51,217 nucleotides of DNA from Candidatus Dadabacteria bacterium (GCA_040289575.1 PSLL01000004.1:50002-101218); one strand, 5' to 3'; shown: positions 30,447 to 39,226, counted from the first letter of the stretch. Numbers and translations are program-made. Notes: generated by a model not told the origin, from the letters alone.

Positions 30447-31007
30447 ATGCCGACACGGCGAGAGTTCATCAAGACCGGCGGGTTGGCTCTCGTCGGCCTT
30501 GTATTCTACAACACACCTAGACCCCACACACCACACACGGCTCATGTTGTTGAGATCTATATGAAGAGCGATAATCTGGGCAGTAGGGTATGGTTTGATC
30601 CTATCGGAATATATATCGAACCCGGGCAAACGGTACGGTGGATTGTTGTTGAGAATGTACACACGACATCTGCATACCATCCTCGAAATAGCAACCATTC
30701 ACTGCGGATTCCCCCAAATGCTACCCCCTGGGATTCTGGATTTTTGTCACCCGGTGAACACTTTGATGTAAAACTCAAGACACAAGGTATCTACGATTAC
30801 TACTGTACGGCACATGAAGAGGCAGGCATGGTAGGGCGTATTATTGTCGGAAAGCCCACCGGACCAGGTGCTTTACCATTCAACTACTACGTGGGAAGAT
30901 CAGATACAACAAACTGGCGACCAGTACCTCCTGCAGCCCAGAAAGCATTTCCAAGCATAGAGCAGATAATGCGTGAAAAGGTTGTCCGACTCAGATGGAC
31001 AATATAA
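30447..31007 (+). CDS. Tat-exported type-1 blue copper protein (plastocyanin/azurin/halocyanin family)
   Basis: TRREFIK Tat motif; FDPIG...PGQTVRW; His in NVHT plus YYCTAHEEAGM (C-x2-H-x4-M). Confidence 0.9.
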   Translation: MPTRREFIKTGGLALVGLVFYNTPRPHTPHTAHVVEIYMKSDNLGSRVWFDPIGIYIEPGQTVRWIVVENVHTTSAYHPRNSNHSLRIPPNATPWDSGFLSPGEHFDVKLKTQGIYDYYCTAHEEAGMVGRIIVGKPTGPGALPFNYYVGRSDTTNWRPVPPAAQKAFPSIEQIMREKVVRLRWTI

Positions 31008-31030
31008 TGAATACTATGACGTAGATACCT

Positions 31031-31693
31031 TCAAAAGTAGACCAATCTATAAATTACAGGCCAGAGCAGGACAACAAAATACCAGAATATTCCGCATGTC
31101 TCTAAGTCAACCATATTCTTAGGAAATTTCTTTACTATTGCACGAATGGAAGCGGCAATTAGCCACAGACATGATATAAGAACATGAATAGCATGGAACC
31201 CTACAATTATATAGAATATAGAACCATATATACTCGATGTCATTGTAAGTCCATAGGCTACTAACTTAATCCATTCATTTTCCTGAAGAACAAGGAATAA
31301 AATTCCAAGAATTATTGTAAGGATAAGAAAAAAAGTCAGTTTTTTATAACTCGTATCCCCCTTGTGCCAATTTCTCCTGAAGAGAAACATCGTCAACCCA
31401 CTTAAAAGAAGAACGGCGGTATTTAAAGCAGTCGTTTGAGCAGGGTATCTTGGTTGGCCCGGAGGGGGCCAGGGAGAAAGGTTATGTTTATAAGCAAGGA
31501 ATGACCCGAGAAGTCCCCCAAATAGCATTATCTCAGAAAGTATAAAAAGCATTAATGCAAACCTGGCAAGGGCAAGGCGTGAGCGGAGATGATCATCTCC
31601 GCCATTTCTCCTTCCCATCCCAATATTGATAGGCTTAGACTTCTTTTCAACAGGTTGCCTTTTTATTCCTATTTCCGCAATCTGTTGCATCAT
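31031..31693 (-). CDS. Haem-copper oxidase subunit III, second copy
   Basis: FILSEIMLFGGL, NTAVLLLSG, GFHAIHV, FWYFVVLLW. ATG 31693 is coupled to the subunit IV stop. Confidence 0.9.
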   Translation of the reverse strand: MMQQIAEIGIKRQPVEKKSKPINIGMGRRNGGDDHLRSRLALARFALMLFILSEIMLFGGLLGSFLAYKHNLSPWPPPGQPRYPAQTTALNTAVLLLSGLTMFLFRRNWHKGDTSYKKLTFFLILTIILGILFLVLQENEWIKLVAYGLTMTSSIYGSIFYIIVGFHAIHVLISCLWLIAASIRAIVKKFPKNMVDLETCGIFWYFVVLLWPVIYRLVYF

Positions 31694-31995
31694 CTCTTTA
31701 AAGTCACAATAGCATCCGGCATAAACCCAAAGAACGCTATTATCAGGAGTGTTAATGGCACTAAAACGGCACATACTATCAGTATCTTTTCAAATCTTAG
31801 GTGCATAAAGTTCAGTGCTATCAAAACCGCTTTTATCCCCGCGAGGGCAAAGAGGATAAATGCGGCTAAATACCTAAACTCTATATGGTGCCTGGGATTC
31901 AGTATGACGGATGTTAGTATGCTCAATGTCGTAAGCCCGCAAAGTACAATCCATACAAGAAGATAGTTGGGATGAGTAAGGTGTTTATTAGCCAT
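31690..31995 (-). CDS. Cytochrome c oxidase subunit IV
   Basis: Three TMs, KAVLIALNFMHL; AAGGAGG RBS. Confidence 0.88.
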   Translation of the reverse strand: MANKHLTHPNYLLVWIVLCGLTTLSILTSVILNPRHHIEFRYLAAFILFALAGIKAVLIALNFMHLRFEKILIVCAVLVPLTLLIIAFFGFMPDAIVTLKR

Positions 31996-32022
31996 TTTTA
32001 AACCTCCTTTAATCTTGCACCA

Positions 32023-32643
32023 TCATGAGAGATAGAAGAGCGGAAGAAGAAACACCCAAACAATGTCCACGAAATGCCAGAAGAGTCCTGCATTCTCAAC
32101 AAGAGAACCCGGGTTACCCGGTTTTTTCTTACGGCTAATTAGGATTAGGACAACTGTATTTATAACGGTTCCTGTAAAAACGTGTACCGCGTGAAAACCC
32201 GTTAAACCGTAATAAAAAGCCCAGAACGGCCCCGAATGGAAACCATATCCGTGTTCGATCTCTCCCGCATATTCTATAGCTTTAATCGCTAAGAACAAAA
32301 GACCTGATATGATCGTAAGAAATATATATAGATATGCAGACCTAAGATTCCTCTCATCCACCATTTTATGCGCGAGAACGATTGTGAAGCTACCCGTAAT
32401 AAGCACGAATGTGTTTATAGAACCTGTTAAGGCGTTAGTTTCACCAGAGAACTCATGCCACTGCGGATAACTCAGCCTAAAAAGAACGCAGGTTATAATG
32501 AGTCCGCCGAAAATAAGGACTTCACCGGATAGAAACACCCACATCCCCACCTTTGATGATGGTATGCCGACTGAAGACTGACCAACTGCGCTCTGCGATT
32601 CCAAAGACTCTATTCCTACATTAGTGTTTTCCAATTGGTGCAT
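32023..32643 (-). CDS. Haem-copper oxidase subunit III, first copy
   Basis: GMWVFLSGEVLIFGG, TGFHAVHV, WHFVDIVW. Confidence 0.92.
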   Translation of the reverse strand: MHQLENTNVGIESLESQSAVGQSSVGIPSSKVGMWVFLSGEVLIFGGLIITCVLFRLSYPQWHEFSGETNALTGSINTFVLITGSFTIVLAHKMVDERNLRSAYLYIFLTIISGLLFLAIKAIEYAGEIEHGYGFHSGPFWAFYYGLTGFHAVHVFTGTVINTVVLILISRKKKPGNPGSLVENAGLFWHFVDIVWVFLLPLFYLS

Positions 32644-34348
32644 CTGTTCCCTCCCTAAATACCTCCTCTCTAGAAATGAGTATACCCTGGGGCTTGAAGT
32701 CTTCTCGCTCCTCTTCCGGAGAATACTCGTAAGGGTCGTTTACAACTATGGGAACCATGCCGTTCCAGTTATGGTGGGGCGGGGGGGATTCCGCAAGCCA
32801 CTCAAGGGTAGTAGCCTTCCACGGATTGCGTTCCGCCTGCTTGCCCTTAAATATGCTTACAAAGAAATTGATGATAAATGGGGCCTGGGATGCGATAAGT
32901 AATATTGCCCCAACAGTTGATAGGACATGAATCCATTGAAAGTGCCTTAGGTAATCAATGTGTGTAATGTCATAATATCTCCTCGGACCCCCTGCAATTC
33001 CTAAAAAGAATAGAGGAAATGCAAAGATATTAAACCCTATAAAGGTTCCCCAGAAGTGAACCTTGCCCCAGGATTCACTCATCTTTCTCCCAAACATCTT
33101 GGGAAACCAGTAGTATATACCCGCAAAGCTAGCCAAAATGACAGATGGAAAGATCGTATAGTGAAAATGGGCTATTACGAAATACGTATCGTGGAGGTAA
33201 ACATCTAATACTTGAGCTCCCAGAAATAATCCCGTAAGGCCGCCGATGATAAATGCAACAAAGCTCCCCAATGCGAAAAGAAAGGAGGAGGTAAACCTTA
33301 TTGAACCATTCCATAATGTTAAGGCAAGACAGACAAGTATTACAGAAAACGGAACGGAGATTGCAATTGTTGTAACAGCAAATGGGTATGAAAGGGACGG
33401 ATTCATTCCTGAGACAAACATGTGATGACCCCATACTACAAAGCTCAGTATGGCCGAAGCTATTGTCGCATATACAATTGATTTATATCCAAATATAGGT
33501 TTTCTGGTATGGGACGCAAAAACCTCGGCTATTATCCCAAGCCCGGGAATTAAAACCACATAAACCTCCGGATGCCCGAAGAACCAGAAGATATGTTGCC
33601 ACAAGAGCGGATCCCCCTGACTCTGAGCCGTCACCCTGAAAAATGAGGTTCCCACAATTACATCAAGCAAAAGAAACCCAACTCCGGCCACAAGCGGGGT
33701 TACGGAAAGCAGAAAAATAAGGGCAGCAATAAACTGCATCCATACAATTATAGGAAGCCGCATCATACTCAAGCCCCTTGTACGAAGGTTAATAGTCGTA
33801 GTAATGTAGTTTATTCCGCCCATAAGCATGGAGGCAAACTCAAGAATGAGGGCGAAAAGAAAAAGGATCCCCCCCATCTTGGCTCCTGTAAATCGCGGAT
33901 CCGCCGAAAGCGGTGGGTAGATTGTCCAACCAAAGGGCGCCGGGCCGCCGGGGACAAAGAACGATGAAAAGAGAACTATACTTGAGATGAAAAACACCCA
34001 GTATGAGAGCATATTCAATCCTGGAAATGCCATATCCTTTGCGCCCACCATAAGCGGTATGCAGAGATTCGCAAACGCGCCTATTAAAAGCGGCATGGCA
34101 ACCCAGAAGATCATAATTGCTCCGTGCATTGTAACAGACGCATTGTATGACTCCGGGGTAAGTATCGCTCCGGGTGATGCAAGCTCGGTCCTGAAAAACA
34201 ACGCTAGTAGAGCCGCTGTTAGCGCCCATATAAGGGCAGTAATAAGGTACTGAATAGCGATTACCTTATGGTCTGTTGAAAATATATATCTCCTAATAAA
34301 ACCCTGGTGTTCGGTGTGCGCATCTTCAATTGTGATTATACTCTCCAT
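32621..34348 (-). CDS. ctaD: Cytochrome c oxidase subunit I, A1-type, lacking K-channel residues
   Basis: TDHK, MHG, DMAFPGLN, FFGHPEVY, WGHHMF, HDTYFVIAHFHY, PRRY. Confidence 0.96.
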   Translation of the reverse strand: MESIITIEDAHTEHQGFIRRYIFSTDHKVIAIQYLITALIWALTAALLALFFRTELASPGAILTPESYNASVTMHGAIMIFWVAMPLLIGAFANLCIPLMVGAKDMAFPGLNMLSYWVFFISSIVLFSSFFVPGGPAPFGWTIYPPLSADPRFTGAKMGGILFLFALILEFASMLMGGINYITTTINLRTRGLSMMRLPIIVWMQFIAALIFLLSVTPLVAGVGFLLLDVIVGTSFFRVTAQSQGDPLLWQHIFWFFGHPEVYVVLIPGLGIIAEVFASHTRKPIFGYKSIVYATIASAILSFVVWGHHMFVSGMNPSLSYPFAVTTIAISVPFSVILVCLALTLWNGSIRFTSSFLFALGSFVAFIIGGLTGLFLGAQVLDVYLHDTYFVIAHFHYTIFPSVILASFAGIYYWFPKMFGRKMSESWGKVHFWGTFIGFNIFAFPLFFLGIAGGPRRYYDITHIDYLRHFQWIHVLSTVGAILLIASQAPFIINFFVSIFKGKQAERNPWKATTLEWLAESPPPHHNWNGMVPIVVNDPYEYSPEEEREDFKPQGILISREEVFREGTDAPIGKH

Positions 34349-35045
34349 AAGCTGTATACTCCGATTTATCGTTTTCCTCCAACCACGCCCTATAATTCTT
34401 TAAAAATCTTTCATATTCGTCTTTACTGACAACCTTTAATTTTGCCTGCATCATAAAATGCCCCGGACCGCAAAGCTGTGTACATGTAATAGGATAATCG
34501 CCCACCTTCTTTGATATAAACCACTCCGTGGTTTCTCTGCCAGGGACCGCATCGTATTTCACTCTTAGATTAGGTATGAAGAGTGAATGTATAACATCCC
34601 CGGAGGTAAGTGTGAGAATTACCGTTGTATCTACAGGAACTACAAGATAGTTACCAAGGGTAAAGTCATCATTGGTCCCGAATTTTCTATCCAGTCCGGG
34701 ATAAACAAAGCTCCAGAAGAACTGCCTTCCAATGACCCTTGTCTCTACGTAATTTTTATGTTCTTCAATCAATTCTTTTCTACCCTGTATCACATGGCTC
34801 CACCCTACAGAACTAAAAGAGACCATAACAATGTCAAGTATAAGCAAAACTACATCCAAGTATACGAGCTTAGAAATGAGCCCTAATTTGCGCGTTGCTC
34901 TGGGATTTTTAGATTTACGGAATGCAATCAGAGAGTATCCGATTATTACAAATGAGAGTATAGCTACAGCAACGGTTATGACAGATACTAAGATCATAGT
35001 ATTATCAATCCAATACCCGTATGCAGAAATATCCTTTGGCCACAT
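34326..35045 (-). CDS. ctaC: Cytochrome c oxidase subunit II (CuA)
   Basis: Two TMs, GRQFFWSFVYPG, DVIHS, CTQLCGPGHFMM. Confidence 0.94.
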   Translation of the reverse strand: MWPKDISAYGYWIDNTMILVSVITVAVAILSFVIIGYSLIAFRKSKNPRATRKLGLISKLVYLDVVLLILDIVMVSFSSVGWSHVIQGRKELIEEHKNYVETRVIGRQFFWSFVYPGLDRKFGTNDDFTLGNYLVVPVDTTVILTLTSGDVIHSLFIPNLRVKYDAVPGRETTEWFISKKVGDYPITCTQLCGPGHFMMQAKLKVVSKDEYERFLKNYRAWLEENDKSEYTAYGEYNHN

Positions 35046-35047
35046 AT

Positions 35048-36241
35048 CTAGCTTGAGTTCTCCTTATGATACTTTTCATGTAGAAATTCTACATAAGAGA
35101 CAAGGTTCCATATTTGATCAGGGGGAAGTGAAAAACCAGGCATCGGTGTCCCTTTTATACCAAGCCGTATCGTTCTGTATATCTGTTCTGGCGACCCCTT
35201 TTTGAATGGTTCGGTTGCAAAATTCCTCGGCAATATATCTATGGGCTTGCCGTCTTGCCCAAGCCAATTGGTTTCCAGATCAAGTCGCTTCGCATTCTTC
35301 CCTAAATCCTCTATATCACCGTGGCACACACCGCATGCGGCTTGAAAAAACGTTCTGCCCTTCTGTATCCTATCATCTACAGGTTTAAAATTGTCGGTTT
35401 TCAAAGCCTCAGCCAAGTCATCCGGCACCTTCAGGTCAACGACGGCAGGGTCTGGTTTCTTCATTCCGAACCTCCATTGCATGTATCCGAAGCCCATAAC
35501 ATATTCAGTAAGCGCTTTGATCTCCTCTTCGGTTAGATCGGCAAACCCCGGCATAGGGGTTCCAGGAAGACCATTTCTTATCGTATCCTCTATATCTTCC
35601 TCCAGAGCGGGACCTTGCTGGGCCGAGCTAAATTTAAAAACCACTTTTCCGTCTTTTACTATATTCCCATCACCTCTAATAAAATGGGATTCACCGGTAA
35701 AATCCCTTGGGGCAACCGCGAGTTTTTCAGGGGTCCTCGGATGGCCGTTTCCCTTCTCGCCATGACACGATACACACCGGTATTCGTAAAGGTTCTGCCC
35801 TTCTTCCATGAGTTTAAAATCAGGCTCCCAGTATATCTCTAGTTCTCCCAAAAGGTTTTTAATATCCTCAATTTGTGGAATATCTGGATGTGATCCGTTG
35901 GACAGAAGGGCTATGGTGCCTTCGACTAGACTGTTGTTTTCATCTTTGGGCAGAACCTGTTTTAGTTTGCCAACGTTTGATCTCACCTCCTCTAGTCTCT
36001 CTTTCAGACCCTCTACTTTTTCTCCTTCCATCTTTGTCTTTTTAAGCCCGTCCACTGCGGCATCTATTGCTGAATCTATTTCTTTTACCTTAGCGGTTCT
36101 AAATGAAATCTCCTTCGCTCTGAGCGCCTCCTCTTTAACCTCCTGAGGATACAAACTCGAACCCGCCTTAATGAAAAAAAATGATAGAGACATGGCCAGT
36201 GCTATACAAAGAACGGCTATTACAGAAAGGAAAACCCTCAT
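35048..36241 (-). CDS. Membrane-anchored di-haem c-type cytochrome with helical N-terminal stalk
   Basis: CVSCH and CGVCH, each followed by PRxF and GTPMPGF; N-terminal TM; first gene of the oxidase operon. Confidence 0.9.
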   Translation of the reverse strand: MRVFLSVIAVLCIALAMSLSFFFIKAGSSLYPQEVKEEALRAKEISFRTAKVKEIDSAIDAAVDGLKKTKMEGEKVEGLKERLEEVRSNVGKLKQVLPKDENNSLVEGTIALLSNGSHPDIPQIEDIKNLLGELEIYWEPDFKLMEEGQNLYEYRCVSCHGEKGNGHPRTPEKLAVAPRDFTGESHFIRGDGNIVKDGKVVFKFSSAQQGPALEEDIEDTIRNGLPGTPMPGFADLTEEEIKALTEYVMGFGYMQWRFGMKKPDPAVVDLKVPDDLAEALKTDNFKPVDDRIQKGRTFFQAACGVCHGDIEDLGKNAKRLDLETNWLGQDGKPIDILPRNFATEPFKKGSPEQIYRTIRLGIKGTPMPGFSLPPDQIWNLVSYVEFLHEKYHKENSS

Positions 36242-36287
36242 CGCAGGAACCACCGTTCAGATTCTAAAAAGCTAAACGACTAATATA

Positions 36288-36315
36288 ATAGACTACCTTA
36301 AGTCGAATGTGTTTC
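36288..36315 (-). promoter_or_regulatory. Putative ECF promoter GAAAC-N16-AGTCTAT upstream of the oxidase operon
   Basis: 10 of 12 positions and the spacer match the motif pair at 29886-29960. Confidence 0.5.
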
Positions 36316-36402
36316 AACTGACTTTTTATATCTTTCGATACTTCTGACATAAGTTTCGGCGTATATTCCGTTGTATTGTGTCATAACAAATTCTTATGGT
36401 GA

Positions 36403-36432
36403 GGTGGGTGTATATGTATATTACACCCACCT
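36403..36432. terminator. Hairpin downstream of 36466-36780
   Basis: AGGTGGGTGTA...TACACCCACCT inverted repeat. Confidence 0.55.
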
Positions 36433-36465
36433 TCCTTCTCAAATTTTAATTACTTAGCCCATTGG

Positions 36466-36780
36466 CTAATTCTCCATACCCTCAGAACCACCCATATTCT
36501 TGATATTGTGGATCACGGCTGCCCTTCTATTTCTCATTCCAATAATGACATTATCACCAACCCGAGCCCTTTCGAGTTGTAATGGTGCAGCGGGTATAAC
36601 TATGTGTATTGTACCCCTGCTGTCCTTGACTACGAGACTATCCCCTTCAATATCATTTATCTGACCCATAAGGGTTATCTCCCGGGTGTTTGTCTCTGTT
36701 TTTGTACCATTAGCAAACGAGCTTACTCCGCCAAGGGTGAGCCCCGCCGCTATAAAAATAGATATAAGTAACAATCTCAT
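36466..36780 (-). CDS. Small exported protein, probable OB-fold
   Basis: AAGGAGGT RBS, signal peptide, GQINDIEGDSLVVKD...RVGDNVII beta pattern. Confidence 0.7.
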   Translation of the reverse strand: MRLLLISIFIAAGLTLGGVSSFANGTKTETNTREITLMGQINDIEGDSLVVKDSRGTIHIVIPAAPLQLERARVGDNVIIGMRNRRAAVIHNIKNMGGSEGMEN

Positions 36781-36972
36781 CGGACTTACCTCCTTCTTAC
36801 CCTATTCTATGGATAAGCTTAATTAAATCATCGGATGGCCATTTCTCAATCCCGGATAACTGCCTACACCGTTAGTATTTTGCATACACCGTACCTTTTC
36901 ATCTTCTTATAAATACCCCTTTGCCTCATGCCGGAATGTTCGGCAACAAGCCTCACGCTCCCTTTAAACCTC

Positions 36973-37155
36973 TTAAGAAGTGCCAATAAATATTCCTTTT
37001 CTGCCGCACCCCGGACACCTCATATAGCAGAGTTCCTTTATAGCCCGCTCCTGCCTTTCCAAAATCTCCTGCTTTATTTTCTCTTTGAGACGCTTTATCT
37101 TTTCTGCATTCTCTCTAACAAAATATTCATCCTCTATTTTTCTTAACTTGTCCAA
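36973..37155 (-). pseudogene. Truncated coiled-coil plus zinc-ribbon protein (only first CxxC kept)
   Basis: EDEYF...IKELCYMRCPGCG, then a premature stop. Confidence 0.55.
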
Positions 37156-37649
37156 CCCCCTAAATTAACTGTCTTATAAAATCAATAAATCCCGCTCCCC
37201 CCACACCCGGTGTTATGAGAACTTTGAATAGGATTTTTTTATGACTAGGTAGCAATAAGAAGCCATACTGTCTAGTCGTCTCCAGTTGTATGGTAAGCTC
37301 AAGTTCGAGTCCGGGCATTATGAGCCGAGCATATTATGCTCCTCTAACATAGTGCATAGGCCATGCCAGAATAAAGAAGATTCAATACCGAGAAATTCTC
37401 ATGTATTTACTGGCAATTATGATGGACATGATTTATACCAGTTGATTAAATACGAACTTTTCGTTCGTAATAAGAACTCTTAGTTCAAACTTAAAAGTCA
37501 TGCATATGTCAATTTTCATTTTGAAATATTACATTAATAAATATAGTCCTCACATATACTTAGATAGACTACGAGTCTGCCCATTGTCTTAAACGTGAAA
37601 GTGCCTTAATGATACATCTCAATGGGAAATTGGGATTAGGATAGATTTA

Positions 37650-38086
37650 GTGAAGCTCCCCCACCACAGGTGGGGACTTCTTTAAAAAATCCTTATGAGC
37701 AGCGTAGTAGCCTCTAAAAAAGACTTAACTGTCTACAAGAAATCTCCTCATACTTATGATACTCTATGTACTTGCGTATCTGCTCTGCTGTAACCTCATC
37801 TCCCACTGTCTTTACAAAATACCCTCTCTCCCAGAAATTGATTCGCCATAGCTTTAGCTCCTTCCTATCTATCAATCTCCATCTGGTGATTTGAAGCTAT
37901 CTCCTGAAAGATTTCTTCAACTCGACTTCTTATCTCTTTCCTATCTATCCACCCCCTGTATTTAGGAGTCCAAACAATGTGATATTTGGTATCATGTGGG
38001 GTACGTTTCAGTGTCATACAAAACTGTATCACACTGAGTGTGCCTTTCATCCCCCACTACAAATGGGGGCTTTCAGGCACAATTCA
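37650..38086 (-). mobile_element. IS200/IS605-family element, internally deleted, both ends intact
   Basis: Left end TTAC|...AAAG-CCCCCA..TGGGGG; right end GAAG-TCCCCACC..GGTGGGGG..TCAC|; tnpA remnant inside. Confidence 0.9.
37714..38017 (-). pseudogene. tnpA: Y1 (HUH) transposase remnant
   Basis: KYHIVWTPKYR N-terminus and FWERGYFVKTVG...IRKYIEYH C-terminus; HUH segment deleted; internal stop. Confidence 0.9.
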
Positions 38087-38108
38087 GTAATTTTAGAAAC
38101 TTAGATTC

Positions 38109-38124
38109 TGGTATGGAGTTTGCA
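38109..38124 (+). promoter_or_regulatory. sigma54-like -24/-12 motif TGGTAT-N5-TTGCA
   Basis: GG-N10-GC upstream of the HMA gene. Confidence 0.45.
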
Positions 38125-38169
38125 ACTCCACTGTCATAAAAAGCGTCTAAACCTTAGAGGTAAACAGAT

Positions 38170-38702
38170 ATGAGAGGTTTTGTTTGGGGATTAATAATTG
38201 GAATGATTTTTCTCTTATCGGCTGGACTCAGCACCGAATCAGCTGAAGAATGGCAAACCCTAGAGCTCAGGATATTTGGTGTATGTCCGGCCTGTGATAG
38301 CGATGTCAAATCAAGGGTCTTAAGCATTCCCGGAGTCGCTGAGGCTAATCTTGATCTTATCAAAAAGAAACTCTTTGTGACATTTGATCTGGAATCTGTA
38401 AGTGAGACGAAAATAATAATAGCTCTGGAGGAGGGGGGTATGAAGTAAGGCGTCCATTTAGGAAGAAGAGGCTTGAGAGGGTGATCCTTGAGGTCTCTGG
38501 AATAAAGGATAAAAGCGAGATAACCGAGATCGAAAGGACGTTCTATGCCTTCTATGATGTAGATAGAGTGGAGATATCAAAGCACTCGGGTAATCTCATT
38601 ACAACCATAGATTTTAGAAGGGATGGGCTTGACCCAGGGCAGTTGGTTATGTCACTGAAGGACAGCTTGCCCCATGCATGTGTGGAAATAATACCAAGCT
38701 GA
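38170..38702 (+). pseudogene. Exported heavy-metal-associated (HMA, CxxC) two-domain protein split by a frameshift
   Basis: Signal peptide; IFGVCPACD...IPGV. One more G in the run at 38433-38438 joins both ORFs via EEGGYEVRRPFRKKRLERVILEV. Confidence 0.75.
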
Positions 38703-38927
38703 CAGACGCTGGAGACCCAGGTCGGGACAGAGATAAAAGCGCAGGACGTTAAGCACCAGTAAAATTGTATGGAATGAAATCAAATTGAAACTGGCGGCAG
38801 GAGCTATTGTTGATCATGTGCCATAAGACCATTAATCGTACCCTAAATCTGCGCAATTTGCTATAGGGAATAATCCCTTATTTTTATAAGTACTTGAAAA
38901 GATTCATATCATGATTAGATTAAATAC

Positions 38928-38943
38928 TGGCACAGAATTTGCA
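38928..38943 (+). promoter_or_regulatory. sigma54 promoter TGGCAC-N5-TTGCA
   Basis: Consensus -24/-12 about 30 nt before ATG 38973; IHF-like TAAGTACTTGA at 38887-38897. Confidence 0.75.
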
Positions 38944-38972
38944 CAGATGATAAAGTTAGGAGGCAAAAATAA

Positions 38973-39188
38973 ATGACAATAACAATAGCTCCCTTCACGG
39001 TTGACTCAAAAGGCAGCTACACGGCACCGCTAGTTGGAGATACAGAGAAGGAGAAACCTACTCAAAAGAATTCTCTTACCTATTGGGGAATCTACATAGA
39101 CGACAAATACGTTTCCTACACATCGAGTAAAGAGTTGGCTGAAAAGACAAAAGTATGGATGGAGAAGTGGCTAAGGAATAGACTTTAA
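38973..39188 (+). CDS. Hypothetical 71-aa protein
   Basis: AGGAGG RBS, sigma54 promoter, downstream hairpin. Confidence 0.7.
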   Translation: MTITIAPFTVDSKGSYTAPLVGDTEKEKPTQKNSLTYWGIYIDDKYVSYTSSKELAEKTKVWMEKWLRNRL

Positions 39189-39192
39189 AAGA

Positions 39193-39226
39193 AAAAGAGA
39201 GCCTCATAAGGGTTCTCTCGCTCTTT
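39193..39226 (+). terminator. Putative intrinsic terminator
   Basis: GAGAGCCT-CATA-AGGGTTCTCTC hairpin just after the stop. Confidence 0.5.

Noticed and set aside
31694..31774. Cys-rich N-terminal extension on the second subunit III
   Set aside because: Artefact of overlap with subunit IV; the coupled ATG at 31693 is the plausible start.
32621..34348. Calling subunit I a canonical nitric oxide reductase
   Set aside because: It keeps HPEVY with the cross-linking Tyr and a full D channel and lacks NOR-type glutamate motifs.
37251..37265. Additional sigma54-like motif TGGCTTCTTATTGC
   Set aside because: GG-to-GC spacing is 9 rather than the required 10.
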